This document shows positions 46,512 through 60,676 of a DNA stretch of 64,000 bases, piece by piece. Each line of letters begins with the position of its first letter. Within the stretch, counting starts at the first letter, position 1. Made by a program: the position numbers and the translations under genes. The stretch is taken from assembly GCA_964658305.1 (NCBI GenBank), contig OZ210884.1, forward strand, positions 5,456,001 through 5,520,000. The letters run 5' to 3'. The DNA comes from Leptogorgia sarmentosa (Eukaryota). The notes beneath the pieces were generated by a model. The model saw only the letters and a program-made list of their open reading frames with translations. It was not told where the DNA came from and did no database searches.

Positions 46512-49007
46512 TTTGTTTCAAAGTACCTGACGGTGTAAAAAAAAACAGAACTGAATTAAAAGTCGTTTAAAATAATGGTGAAATGTTGACGTGGGGGGTA
46601 TGTGGTTGCCATACAATGACAAACTTAGTTTAGGACTGGACAAAAACTTCATGTGTCTGGCGTGTTCACAAGAGGCGCTAGTGCATGGACGAAGCACATG
46701 AACAAAGTGACATTTTTGAGATGTCAGTTCATCAATAACCTGATTCACTTGATGATATAGATCTTCTAGCTTCCAGATAAAGCAGCCTATACTTTGTAAT
46801 GATATATATATTGCAAATAATTGTACTTTAATTTACTTTACAGTGTTTGTGTCCGGCATTGCGCGTAAAAATTTTACTGACAGCAGATGAATACTCGTAG
46901 AATGATATTCTAGAGTTTAATTCACATTATAAAATCAGTTAATGAATCATAAATATATAATGAATAATAAATGTATTGTCTTTTTGTGGTTAGCTACAAG
47001 TGCCACACCTCTAATCCAGTGCTTCATAAATTTTAGGTATGCGAGGTAAACACGTACGTTCGTGTTAAAATATTTTGAAGAGACAGCAAACCTACAAAGA
47101 CATCTTTCTTTGCAAGAATTAATTGAGCATATTAAAAGTTCAAGAATAATCTTTCCAACGTGGCCACTAGCATGCCTTCAAGTTAATGTATATAAAATAT
47201 ACATAATATATATGCAACACTTTTAGAAAATATTCCTGGCATATTAAAGGCGAATAAAATATTTCAAAAAATTCCATTCTGGCAAAATTGCTAGTGTTAA
47301 AACAGCACGTGGTCGGGGCAGCTGCTGTATAGATAATCGAATGTTTTTAATGGACATTCCAGTTTTTTACAATTTAAAAGTTTCAAGGTACAAATATCAA
47401 ATAAGGCGCAAAATGCTTAGATGCTGTAAAGTTCGTTGTGCGCACCGATTCTGCGCATAACAACGGCGCGCCCACAGATATGAAACATCCGAATTATGCA
47501 ACTTTTCGACTTTTTCTGAATTGAGATCCTGGTTTGCATTCATTTACGACAATATATAACCAGAAGAGAGTTATATATTATTCAGTTAGTATATCATATG
47601 GCGTATTTTACAAATATTGCGGTTTCAAAATGTGAACTCGTTTGTGTACTTAAGGTCTTTACAACACTTTCGCAAGATCTCGTGTTACATGGCCGCTGGG
47701 TTCATGAGGCGGCAATGAAATTGTTGAAGCTAACCACGTACGTTACTACAGCCTATAGTAAACCAGTTTTTCCGCGATGGCTTCATTGATTGATCTTCAA
47801 TATAAGTACTACATGCAGTCTGTTTATATTAATTTACATTTTATGGCTTGACGACGTATATTATAGTGTCGACTGAAAACTCTTAGCACATACTGAAGAA
47901 GACGCTGTTTGCATTACGCGTGCAATATACTGTAGTCTATATTGTATAAAATAATCACGACTCAAACGTTCTTGTCATATCAATATTTATAAGATTCTGT
48001 TCCCATATAAACTTGTCCTCAGTAAAACCTTAGTCATCTTGATCCCGTCGTAATATTCACAAAAACACCAATACACCATTTATATTTACACGACGTATTT
48101 TCCAATGGCGCGATTTCTTTGGAATGCAGTCAAATTCCTTGCATACTATACAACCGGTTGCCACGAAATATTAACGTAAATATAACAATATATATACCCA
48201 GATACACTGCACTTGTAAAAACATGCAAATTCAACGGAATTATCGTCTGTTCGCAGTTCACCCGCAGTGCAGTACTCCACAGTTAATTTCGAAAGTAAAA
48301 ATGATGAATGATATACATATACACGATACAGAGATTGGTGTCTATGTTGCGAAAGAACCAACGAAGGAAAATTTGTAAAGTCTTGTATTACCATATACAG
48401 AATTGCAGTACTAAACTAGACTGTTTCTTTGTAAATAAAGCTGTATGCATTTTCGGTTTCATACAACTACGTGTCGTATCGATAATACAGTGTATTAAAA
48501 AGCATTTGCTACATGTTATAATTAAATTTATGGTTGATTCGACCACAATAACGGTCATTGCCTGAATGTAAAAAAAATTCAGTACGAAGCTAGCAAGTTA
48601 TTTCATCGATTTATGCTCGTTATGTGTTGTCATACACACTCTTGCAATCTGCAGAATATGTTTTGGTTGTGAATAATTTAACACGAAATGAACAGAGAAT
48701 GACATTATATTGCTCGTTCAGAGTAGCAATTATTGTCGTAGAAATGAACAACACCTAAACAGCGCATCATTATGATCAATGTGTTTTCAGACAAGACAAG
48801 TAACAAAGACAACTTGTAGCACATTTGCACATACTATTCATGAATATTCACTGTTCGACAATACATCTTCTTCGCAATCGCAACGGATATGTTCAGATGC
48901 AGATAAAATGAAGCCCTGAAAGACGTTCGTAACCTAAAGCATTTCTATATACCCATCTTGTTCACACACCGGATGGATTTGTATAAGATAGTCCAAGATC
49001 AACTTAC

Positions 49008-49097
49008 CTAGATGACTTTTCAATGATCTTGAAGTCAATGATTCTGTATGAATGTTTGACAATGACAACGCCTTTGCTGCTGGGTTGTCTTTATATA
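49008..49097 (-). promoter_or_regulatory. TATA promoter and non-coding first exon of tetraspanin A
   Basis: TATATAAA at 49097-49090; Inr-like TCATT at about 49063; perfect donor AG|GTAAGT at 49008/49007; acceptor 15 nt upstream of ATG 46511. Confidence 0.55.
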
Positions 49098-52000
49098 TAC
49101 CTTGTTGATATACAATATCAGTCGGGGCCCGGGGGGGGAGAAAGTAGAACTAAATTTCCCGGGGGGTGGGTGCGAAGTGTGAATTGTTGTCCAAATGCAA
49201 GTCAATATATTTGTTGCAATGATTTATTACATATTTTCTATCAATACTATATAAACTTATAAATTTCGTATCGTGCCATTGTCAGTTTATTAACAAACTA
49301 AGTTTCCAATGATAAATTCAATTGGAACACGGCAGAATGTGCAGGAAAGAACCTCGCCCATAATTAGGAATTTTTCCCATCGATTATTTTTCACGGGGAA
49401 CCACTAACCACTTGACTGATACTTTATATGTAAAATTTTAATAACGCTCACGGTCTTAATATGGCAAAACAACACTACAAAACCCATATTTTACATCGCA
49501 CGATTTTTAAAACTATTACTAGAATTTAGGCGATTTACGCATGGTCCCCGACATAAACTGATAACACGGAATTATATGCATATGACATTATGTAGTATTT
49601 GCATGAAAATATATCATAACATTGTGTTTATAAGTGTGAACAAGGCTAGAATAAAAACATCAAAGTGTCCCGCTGGTTGTCATGCAATTATGTCAGCATC
49701 GAAACTGATAATCCTGTGTTTGACGTCAGTATGAGTATGGAATATATGATATCCAGAAAAATATATTCTAAAAGCCTCTTTTAAGGGAGGAGTGAAAACG
49801 TTTCATTCTATATATTCACGATGCATGGATAAATAGATCTCAATAAATGTCACAATTCAGTGGTTTCATTACTTCATTTCATTATCGTTTTGTTCATTGG
49901 CAGGTTGAGAAGCGTAAATTCATCTGTTTACTTTGGTCGCAACAAACCAAAAGTTGCAATTTGATCTTCCTTTATCAGGTGCATGATCATGCACTTGATT
50001 AATGATTGATGATTTTAGAGGTTTAGAAAGATTTTAAAACGTGTTCTTCAGTTCTTGTAAAAAGTCCTATATCCATGCATTTCAGGAATGAACTTTCCTA
50101 TGCATGATAAATAAACATTATTATGTAGCCGTTCATTAAATCATGGTCCATTGAAGTGCTTTTAGGGAATGGCATTTATAATTTGCGTGGAATGAGTTGG
50201 TATTGCGGTTAGTAGTTAGAATTAGGTTAAAAAGTTTAAACACATGGCCTGGTCTCATTTAGCCCCACATGATTTGCCCGTCCATGGCGTTCCATGCAAT
50301 TCCAGCCGACTCGCGATTCCTGCTTTGCAACCTTTTCATTCACCATCATGTGCACCACCTCTGCTTGGTGGAAAGAAGTCGTCGCGGTTCAAGTGGGTGA
50401 TATTTCGCAATCGGATTTAATTATTTCTCATGATCTTATATGACTCTAGTTTTTTTCACGGTATTTTGAGATTACAGCTGGCTAGCTAACTAAAATGACA
50501 TTCCACCTCGAGCAAGCAAATGTAAGTAGAAGATTGTAGCCTGTAGGGATGATGCAGTTTAAAACTCTTGTCGGAGACTTTCGATTAAAGTAAACAATAT
50601 ACCCTTGTATAGCCTTATCAGTGACCAGAAATTAATAGGAAGAGGAATGGCAGGGTAATAACCTAGTACCTCCGCATCCAAAAACAAACATAAACAACAC
50701 AGATGAATCAGCAACGGATTAATCAAGGCGCACTCGGAACCAACGCGTAACGGCGTAAGAAAGCCATGAATTTGCATATTTAACGTAGCGAACTTGCGTC
50801 AAGAAACCACAATGACTCCTCAATAATTTACCATAAATATAGCCAGTATACTAATACACTAGATTTTAACACAGTGAAAGGAACACCCTGATAGAAATAC
50901 AGAGAGAAAGAGCGACGGAACGTCCGTAGAGAATTATAGCATAGGTTGTAATACAGCAGAGTAAAACGTATCCAATGTCATCGTGACCTGTGACATTCAA
51001 TAAATTTTATAAACTTAACGTGATCTGTGATCTTGTGAGTTGTTGGGCGAAACAAAAGGGAGGCAATCCCCAACACTCTCAATTTTCAAAATTAATTTCC
51101 ACCAATTGCAGAAATCACTTCGCGGTCCTCGCATATTCTCTGCGAGTATTTCCATCCGATCAAAATACCGTTTATTTCAATTAGATGCAACCACTTGCAG
51201 CCAGGTGGTGAGTTTGAGATGAGTGGAAAAGAGCCCCTAGAAGTCAGCGTACTGTAGTAGGAAACATTGCAACTGTTATTTTATACGGTCACTGGCCTAC
51301 TATTTGTAAATTTCTTAGTCAGTAATCTCTGCTGTTAGTTAAGTAAACTCACTGAGCTGATGCACGTATACTGATCATACTGATCGTGGGAATTTCCATT
51401 TTACCACGATCGAGAGTCGTGAGAGTCCTTTTTTGTTGGCTCAATAAGTTGCAAGGTACTCGAAATGGCGGCGGGCTGAACAAAATTCGGAATAAATTTA
51501 GCATATATTATATAAATATATTATAGAATTTATATTTAGATATAATCTAAAAAATATTATAGAATTTTAGGAAAATTATACAAAACATCAGAAGAACGAT
51601 TGCAATTCAATGGAAGTCTTTGTATTTGAAATTTTAATGTTTGCATTGCATTCAGTTATAAATTAAGTTAGCGTGTTAGTTTCATTAATTTAAAACTTCG
51701 ATTTCGACCACATACTCAAAGCTTTAAATTCTTTATGCAAAAAACGTTTATTTGATATGTGAGCAAACTGAAAATTAAATTTTATTCTGTTTATGTTCAT
51801 AGTTACCAACAAACATTGGTGGGCGTATCAGATGTGAATCAAAGAGGTTTTTCATATAACGTCATAGATATATTATTCTTTATCTGACAATGGTAATTAA
51901 GCGTAAAGACATTGAGTGTTCAAAATAATGATCGATAATTACATGTTTTTGAATTAAATTTAATAATGGGTGTAGGGGTGTGTCGTTTGCACAGGTCGAA

Positions 52001-52285
52001 AGCCGTGCGTCACTACATGCAACTGGATTTATTTGAAATTAGCGATTGATGTTCTTATAACCATTAAGCTGGCGTAAATTATTTCAGTTTACCGATATTG
52101 CCTTCCAAATCTTTCTAAAGACCGGAAGCCAAGCGAACAGCTGTGAGCGAGTTGCACTTCATGTTCGTTCGCCCTGGAGGCGATACCATACCAACATGGT
52201 TGTAAATGGCTATAAATATTTAATTTTATACTCCATTGATATAGCTGACAGACTTGAGACTTCATACAAAATATCGTGTATCATC

Positions 52286-52769
52286 AAGCCTGCCGCACAC
52301 GAAGGTGCGCTGTGAGTTGACAGTATAATACAAAACATAATCTGAAGATTGACATCTTGAAACCCAAGATATGAGTTAAAACAAGACAAAAATGGGTTTG
52401 TGATATTTCGATTTTATTACAAAATTATCATCAGTCTAATGATGATTTTGCAATAAAATCGAAATATCACAAACTCATTTTTGTCTTGTTTTAACTCATG
52501 CTCATATCTTGGGTTTCAAGATGTTAATCTTCGGATTATGTTTTGTATTATATTTTTTGAAATTGTCGGCTGGTATTAGTTTTTGAGCTGACAGTCACAG
52601 GTGCCTATTGGCGTAAGCAAACAAACCCTCCCCCCCCCCGTATGCGACACTCACGACTGCCAAAATATTTCAATATTTTCCCGCACATAGGAGGATTTTG
52701 CTTACTGGCGTAGGCACGACTGCCTGTCAACTCAGCAGATACTTCTCCGATCTCGTGTGCGGGAGGCTT
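52286..52769. mobile_element. TIR element containing a about 230-bp near-perfect palindrome (52324-52552)
   Basis: Outer arms aagcctgccgcacacga..gagttgacag / ctgtcaactcag..tcgtgtgcgggaggctt; inner arms about 110 bp with few mismatches. Confidence 0.85.
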
Positions 52770-54220
52770 TATGTGTGAAAATCAGACACGAAAAATCATG
52801 AAGAGAATCACCAAGAGTTGATTACTAATGTACTGGTCCTAATAGCGCCATAATACAGACTATCAATACTCGATCGATATGGATACGTTAATTGTTTGTG
52901 AACATACCCAGGAATGTGTGTGGGTTTAATGAAAGAATGACTGGGCAAAATGTACAGTATATTCTTTGCTAATTTTAAGATTTGCATTAGAGCGGGTATG
53001 TGAAAAATGTTTATTTTATGCAGACATTGCTTCTAGAATCAACATGGAGTTGACAAGTTGTGCGTATAGAGGGATGTATTTGAATGAAGAATTTCACGGT
53101 TAATATAAAATACTATAATGTTATGATTTGTTGACATGAATAAATTTTTGATCCAATCATTACTAATTATTAAATTTTACTACAGCAGTCTGCCCTTTGT
53201 GATTCTGAAACTTTATGCGATCGCTTCCTTGTCGCTTCTTCTTATATTATATCTTGATGTAGTCCTTACGTTACCACTTAACATCAATATCAACGCATAC
53301 CGATTGTCAACTCAAGTTACGCAAATAACGTTGTGTTTGTGCAATCCATGAGTTTATTGATGTTGTAATAACAATCAAAAGGCAGCGAAGTATGGTTACG
53401 ACAAAGTAGGCCATACTTTCATACGCGAAACCTTTCATTCATGATTCATCTAACATAATTAGTATGCACGCACATAGTGTGACTGACGCTTTATCAATAA
53501 TATTGATCTCTCAATGTTAAATTTGATATTGGATTTTACAAAGCTTTTAACTATCACGTTCATTTATAAACTTTGAAGCTGGGTGGGAGAAGGTTGAAGT
53601 TTCAGTATGTCTGGAGTTTTGTAATCTTTTGCATAATTGTGTAGCTATATGTAGTGACTTTCTTGCAACTGTCTTCTGCATGCCAATTATATTGTGAGAC
53701 TGTTTAGTGTACATTCCATCATTTATCAGAGTAAACGATTAAGTTTTGACTGACAAGCAACGAGATAAACTCGACCTTGGATTTAGGGACCCTCAATTAG
53801 AAGCCATATTATCATACAATAGCAAAAACAATATGAACATGTTAAACCACAGTTGTACCTTCCACTCACCAAAGGTATACGGTTTTACCCGTACTCCAGC
53901 CCTTGTGACACTGGATGGCGGTTTAAAAGGTGGTTGGTACGGTACAAAGATTCATTATGTGCGTCATGGTTGTCGAATGATTCATTGTTCAAGCTACGTT
54001 AAGATGCGTTAAGTTGACGCAGGAATCATGCATGCGACAGCCATGACGCACATATTAATAAATCTTTGTACTAACCACCTTTTACTAGTATTTTTTATCA
54101 ATTGATGTAATGCATTTAAACTTCTGCACGTGCTTGTCCTTAACTATACAAGTGTTTGCAAAAACTAGATATTTAGTTATCATTCTGCTATTCAAGGGGT
54201 TTTTGCTTTTTTTTTTGAAA

Positions 54221-54337
54221 TAAATATATGTTATTTACCGGCCGCGAGGTCCGGATAAGGGAAAACCGGACCTCGGTCATGCAGGTCCGGTTTTCCCTTA
54301 TCCGGACCGAGCGAAGCCGGTAAATAACGTTTTTATT
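54221..54337. mobile_element. Hairpin head of a non-autonomous repeat, probably extending to about 54785
   Basis: gttatttaccggc..ggtccggataagggaaaaccggacct / aggtccggttttcccttatccggacc..gccggtaaataac. Confidence 0.8.
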
Positions 54338-54996
54338 TTTTTGGTCCGGTATACAATCATCAAATTTTAAGAAATTTTTGGTAAAGCAAGCGTGTATATT
54401 CAAGAGTTTGGCGGAATTTTTACAGTTTTATCCTAGGTGGCCCAAGAGATGTTGGTATTTCTTTTGTATATCAATCCAGCTACCATGCGACGTGCGTGAT
54501 GTACGTAGTATATATTTTGATCAAAATATACTACGTACATGACCATGCGACGTGCGTGGTGGCACGGATACCGGACCGGAAAAAAATAATTTAACTTCTT
54601 GATTTATTTAATTAAGATGACTGTTATTTGAAAATGGAAGTACAAAGTACAACGCCGAAGTACAAAGCTCTAATCTGAAGGACTAAGCACAATTTAATTA
54701 ATGTTTAATTTATTTTGTACTAATAAATCTTCCAGCAACCACGCATCCAGTCCTATAGCTGTATATCCAATATATAGAACATATTTACCTAATGCTCAAC
54801 TTTAAAGCGGGATATTTCCGTGCTCTGTCTTAGTTAATGTCTTTGCCTGTATGAGATACATAGATGGTCTGAAGAAGTACAATTGCAATATGTGAATATA
54901 AAATAAAATCCATGATGGCATGCATGCATGCAGGAGTGGCCTGAATTGATACGATTAAAAATGATTATGAAGTTCATTGCCGGTGATGAAATCATT

Positions 54997-57638
54997 TTAA
55001 AAGTCGTTTGAACAGAAAAGTGCGCAGGCGAAAATCATCCCAAGTAACTATAAAAGAAACGATAAGAAAATTATTAATATAAATATAATATCTAGGTGAA
55101 AGAATATGGATAAAGTTATATTATTGTATATTCATGATAGAAAACGGGACAGGGGTGTTCTTGCAGGGTTGCTACTTTTACCACATATATATTGCACACA
55201 AATTGAGAGGATATTCGCAAGCACTGAGTGTTTTAATACAAAGGAAATAGTTTACTATAGAGTTATAAAAACACGCGTGGAAGTTTAGGAGAAACTCGAA
55301 ATTCTGTGGGAATTACTCGTTTCTCCCAAACTTCCACAAATGTTTCTACCTCTACATAGGAACACGGAAAAAATGCTTTCTATTTCTTTTATTAAATAGC
55401 TTTTTAAAAACAATAAAAAGGATAAATTTATTGATTTTAACTACATTCATTCAAAGATTGATAAAGATTATAGTATCAGAAAGACCTTTAGTAGTATCAA
55501 AAGAACAAATTTCCAGACTGTCATGACCAACCTGAATACAAGAAATAGCTACACCAATTGCTCCAATTATCAGTAAATGATCCCGAACAAAGTCTTCCAG
55601 TTCTTCAAGGCAGCCCTGCCGTAATAATACACATAATTATACACATAAAATATAGCATTAACTCATGTTTTTTCAGTCTCTGTGCTCGAGAAAAAATCTG
55701 CGCAAAGTATATTAATTGAAAATAGACTCTAGTTACCTGCGTATAAATGTTTTTCACGTCAAAAGTTGATTTTTGATAGCAAGATGGTTTGTCATTTTCT
55801 GATTTACAACAACTCGGTGGAACTGCTTTGTTGGTATTATCTTTATCCCACGTACTATTCCCCCAGTCTTCATAACTACGGACACCACAACATTTCAACT
55901 GCAAAAGATGGTAAAAGTTTGTCTTCATACATCATCTCTCTGTCTGTCTTATGCATGGCTTGCGTTGTAATTTAAAATTCTTTTGTAGAATATTTTTTGT
56001 TTGATTTCCGATTCGCTCTCGATTTCTATGTGCTGATATTGTTGATTTTTTTCTCTGTCTTTGCGAGTAGCAGAAGTGAAAGTAGCATAATATACAATTT
56101 TGGCTATACCACTTCTTGGTGCTTCCTATGGTCAGACATAACATTAATACAATTAAACGGAGATTTTGGAAAGTCAAGTCCTATCAGATTTTCTTAGTGA
56201 CATCTTTTCCTTTTTTCAGATCGACATAATGCTGAATGTATTATCAAATTGAAATGTAACTGTAAATTAGTTGTCACAGATCATAATGCATGTAATACCT
56301 GTGTTTGCAAATGATCAACATCAAATGTCACTTCATGATCGAAACCATAATGTTTCAACATTAAATCTTCCATTTCTTTTTTCATTTCAACTTTCACCTA
56401 TGGAGAAGATAAAATATAAAACGTAAAAGACGAAAAAACCCCTCGAAAAATGTCATATGAGTTTTAAAATTTGGGGTAGTTTACACTTTCTGATTGCATG
56501 TTATAGGTTAATTTAAATTCAGATTTTTTCAGCTTACTTCGTCCTTGTGAATAAAAGCCAGCAGGCCAGCAGCTATTTCAGCGCCAAATATCAACAACAA
56601 GAATGCAAAGAACTAAATGGAAAGACAGTAAATAGAATACAATAATAGAATTGCATATGTATGCTATTTATATTTGGAAAAAGATCAGGAACCTAATCAT
56701 TAGTTTTGCTTTATCAAAGTAATCAAACCATCGCAAAACACGTGGTTACCCCTACTTACCCATCCTAGCATACACTTGCTTTCTCTGGCTGCTCCACAGC
56801 ATCCAAGAAAGCCCACCACCATCACAACAGATCCTGCAGCCAACATAACATTGGCGGACGTTTTGTATCCTTTTTCTCCAAGAAATGCATCATATGAACC
56901 TGGTGCTGCTTTCGTCCATATTCCTATTGCTAAAATAATTGCTCCTGTTGCCTGGAATTAAAACAAAAATACTTAATCTGTTTCTGAAATTGTGCGATCA
57001 CTTAGACCAGTTTCCCAGTTCAGAGTCTCAGATAAAAGGAATAACACAGGGAATAACACATGGAATAACACAGGGAATAACACAGGGAATAACATAGGGA
57101 ATAACACAGATTGGTTCCCTGCATGGTTTCAACTTAAAATTAATTTGCTTCGATATTGATTAAATAGAAGGTTGCAGAGTTTCAGTCAGATAATGATGCA
57201 GTCCCAGACTAAAGCAACTTCCCCGAGCCAGGCTCTCAGTATGCGTTTAAAAAATTTGCGGCGAAATTTGCACGTTTTGTGTATTTTTTGTACTCAAAAG
57301 TAGTGCAAACGTTCCCACGTATGTATAGTGCTAACAATAATCGAAATTTGCCTGGTTCACACCGCGGCAAATAAGTATTCCGCGACGAAACTTTAATTTG
57401 TAATTTAGCAAATTCGGAAATGTTTTTTTTAACTGCGGTGATTTCGTTCTTGTTGCCAATAGATAAAAAATTCGTGCAAAGCAGGAGTCGATTCCACTTA
57501 GTTAGTTTATATATTCAATTAGTTAATTTGGTATTACATGTACTACTACGTACACGTAACAACTCCTTTAATACTTACCCAAAAGAAAGCATTAAAACCA
57601 AAGAGTAAATATTTCAAGGTTTTCAATCCGCAAGCCAT
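54997..57638 (-). CDS. Tetraspanin B, 240 aa, 6-Cys EC2; exons 57638-57579, 56951-56760, 56612-56538, 56397-56299, 55898-55737, 55615-55532, 55047-54997
   Basis: MACGLKTLKYLLFGFNAFFW; GFLGCCGAARESKCML; AEIAAG; LKCCG..VPPSCC..C..GCLEEL; QLLGMIFAC. Confidence 0.94.
57038..57109. repeat. 12-bp tandem repeat ggaataacacag, 6 copies
   Basis: Seen directly in the sequence. Confidence 0.9.
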
Positions 57639-58136
57639 TTTGCTATAAAAATGATTCAACCTTCAACGCTGATATTCTTCTGAATGTGATTTTAAACACA
57701 TAACGCCATTGTGGTTAAAACATGTTTGTTATAAATATTCATAGTGATGACAAGGTCTCGCTGGTGGCTCTCGTTGCCAAGGAATTCTAAACATTTTTTT
57801 TTTGCATAACGACCGTGCAGGTATGTAATTATAGAGTATGAATGAAACGGCTTCCAGAAGGATTGCCCTTGCTTGGCATGTAGTATGACATGCAACGCGT
57901 CCTGATGTATTCATAATTTATGAGTTAATTATGAGCCAACGTACGCAGCAACCACAAAGTTTCTTTTTTGTTGTATTTATTATTTATATAGCTATAGCTA
58001 GTTCCTGAAAAGGCTGTCCTAGCTTTGTTAACTTTAAACTGTAAACTTTAAATCTTGACAGAAAAATTATAAAGGCACAAAGAATGTCTCAGTTTAGAAA
58101 TCCAATACAATGGTAACGAAATAAATGTAATTCGTT

Positions 58137-58460
58137 CAGGGGCGTACGTAGGAACGGTTTTGAAATTAGGGGGCCCGAGTCTCAGTCTCACAATGGTTGG
58201 CGTCGAGCGAGAAAATTTGGAGAATTTAGAGCCTCTAGATCGCCGGAAACGGCCATTTCAGGGTGTTAACCACCTATTCTGGTTAGCTTGTTCAGGTGTA
58301 CAAATTAAGGATTGTTACTATTGCATTGCGCGTAAACGTTTTTTACCACTAATCGCACAGTTTGCAAACCAAATACACCAGCTGGTCCAGCTCTTAATGG
58401 GGGGGGGGGGCGAAAGATAATTCGACCCCCTGCATAAAATATTGGGGGGGGGCGCTACTG
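58137..58460. mobile_element. hAT-type MITE
   Basis: Ends CAGGGGCG / CGCTACTG with 8-bp TSD AATTCGTT (58129-58136, 58461-58468); related internal sequence also at about 860-930. Confidence 0.8.
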
Positions 58461-60676
58461 AATTCGTTTTTACTTCGTTACTGCACATACTGGACTTGCA
58501 GTTGAGAACTGATTCTGAGTGAGTGAGTGAGCTTTGAACGGAGTAAATTTTTAACGAAGTACTTGTACTTCTACAATAAAACTATGCCCGACTCCGCTTA
58601 GGTTTTTCGCAAAGACTGGAAAAGAGGTGCTCTTAGCAGGTAGCTTGGCCATGGTGGATTCTTCTCCTTTCTATCCCCTTTAATCCATCATATATGCAAT
58701 GTAAACCCAATTAGTCCCACTTCGTCCTAAACTCCTACTAGCTAAATAAATAAAATATTTGTATCATTTCAGGACAAGAGTTATTTTCCTTTGAAAGCTG
58801 TGGGAAAAAATACTGTGTGTGTTTTGGTCGTTGAAAACATAAAACACAAAACATAACGTGGTAAGAACTCTTTTCTCTTGATAACAGTACATCTAGGTTT
58901 TAATGACTAAATCTCTTCCTGTTCTTTGATGTGTACACAAAGTCAGCCTTGCTAGTATAGCATGTGCGGGTATCTGTCATACGATGTAAAATATTGTAAA
59001 CGAAAGCAGCAGGTTTAGCTCAAAATAGTAAAATCATGGATGTATTTTATCGTCTGTTTGTTACAGTCGCTTCGATTACAATGCAAAGGTGGTTTGAATG
59101 AGAAAAATGTGATCAATAGTTGATAAACGTCATCTTGATATGCGGCATGTTTTTTGTAAGTCTCTGTGTGAGATATTACGGGAGGACATTTTGTTTAAAC
59201 GAGTTGTATTATAGTATATAATTTATAAATCGTGTTCAAATAACGCCAACACGTTTCGCTTTAGTAGTTTTACAAGTGGCATCGGATATTTTACAGCTCA
59301 AAGGTTTTAATTATGACTTCATATTCACAAAGAGATTTTTGTACTTTTAAATAAACATTGATTCTTGACAACGTTTCAAACGGATTCAACGCAATACGGA
59401 CGAGAATCATGAAGGATTCACAAGTCTCTGAAAAAGAAACATTGCGAATTTCTCCCCAGGCATTTCCTTAAACGGCGAAGTTGTTGTATTTTTGAGGTAG
59501 TTAGTTTTGTTTTCTACTGTAATTCCCTCGCGAGGCAGCGCTGTTAGCAACGGGTATGGCTGCTGGATTGGGAAGTAATTGCTCGAATGAAACGACGTTA
59601 GCAGTCACGCGACCTTATTTAGCTGTTCTTCATACTTTCCTGACACTATCGTGTATTCTATTCAAGTTAAAACAAAGTTAAAATACTCCTTAAACATATA
59701 TTTTGTTAAAAGCTAATGACAATTCGCGACTATCAACTCGCATCAACTCTCATCCTTATTTAATTGGGAGTAAAGCGAAGTGAAAGTAATTTTAAACGGC
59801 TCATTCGCCTTATGAAAATATAACGTGGATAATTCAGATGTAAATTTTTACCATGATTTATCATTAAATCTTTGAATACATTTGTTTTTTATCAAACACG
59901 CTAATTTATAAGAGCGACTGTTGTGGAAATTATTTGCAAATGGTGTCATTTTAGCTTACAGTGTAATTTTAATCTTGCCAAAGAGAAAGCAAATCAACGA
60001 GAGAGTTTTTGATAGAGTTAACAGCAGCTCGCTCAAGGCTCGGAATAACAACACTCAGGAAATATGTCGAAATTTAATTTTAGTATTATCCAACTGAAAT
60101 GGTGAAATTATTCCTGAAATAATAATAAATTGTGATGTAAACTAAAACGAATTGCATGGATTTTGTTATAAATAAAAAACCTCAAACTACTTTATAATGC
60201 TACACGTATAATAATTGCTTTTGGTATCACTTGTACATCAATTCTGGTGTCTCAAATATACTGAAGTGTCACTGTTCAAGTTGATACGAAGATAGCCTGT
60301 TAATCTGAAATCTGTACTAGACCCCAGACAGCACAAGTTTGAAACAATACTGTGAAATTCATTGTGTTTGCATGGGCCCTTGCACATTTTGGATTTTTTG
60401 TTTGCACAGAAATTCATCGCAAATTTGACTGTTTCTATGGTGTCTCCAACCAGACCAAAACCACCAAATTTTAATCCAGTCCAGAATGTGTTTGGTACTA
60501 GCTGTCTAAACAGAGTCACCTAGCTCTCAGCTTTTGCTCATAAATACCACCCTTTTGGTGGCCAGAAAACAAAATTTTCAAACATGAGAGCAGTAACAGT
60601 CCCAGCTACAATCCCTTTGTTATATTGATTTCAAATTTGTTGTACCAACAACTGACATGTTGTGTTTTAGGTGATC

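Noticed and set aside
47000..54200. Additional protein-coding gene between tetraspanins A and B
   Set aside because: Only short ORFs and isolated splice-like sites (e.g. about 49904-49978); I could not build a coherent exon chain, though a small gene cannot be excluded
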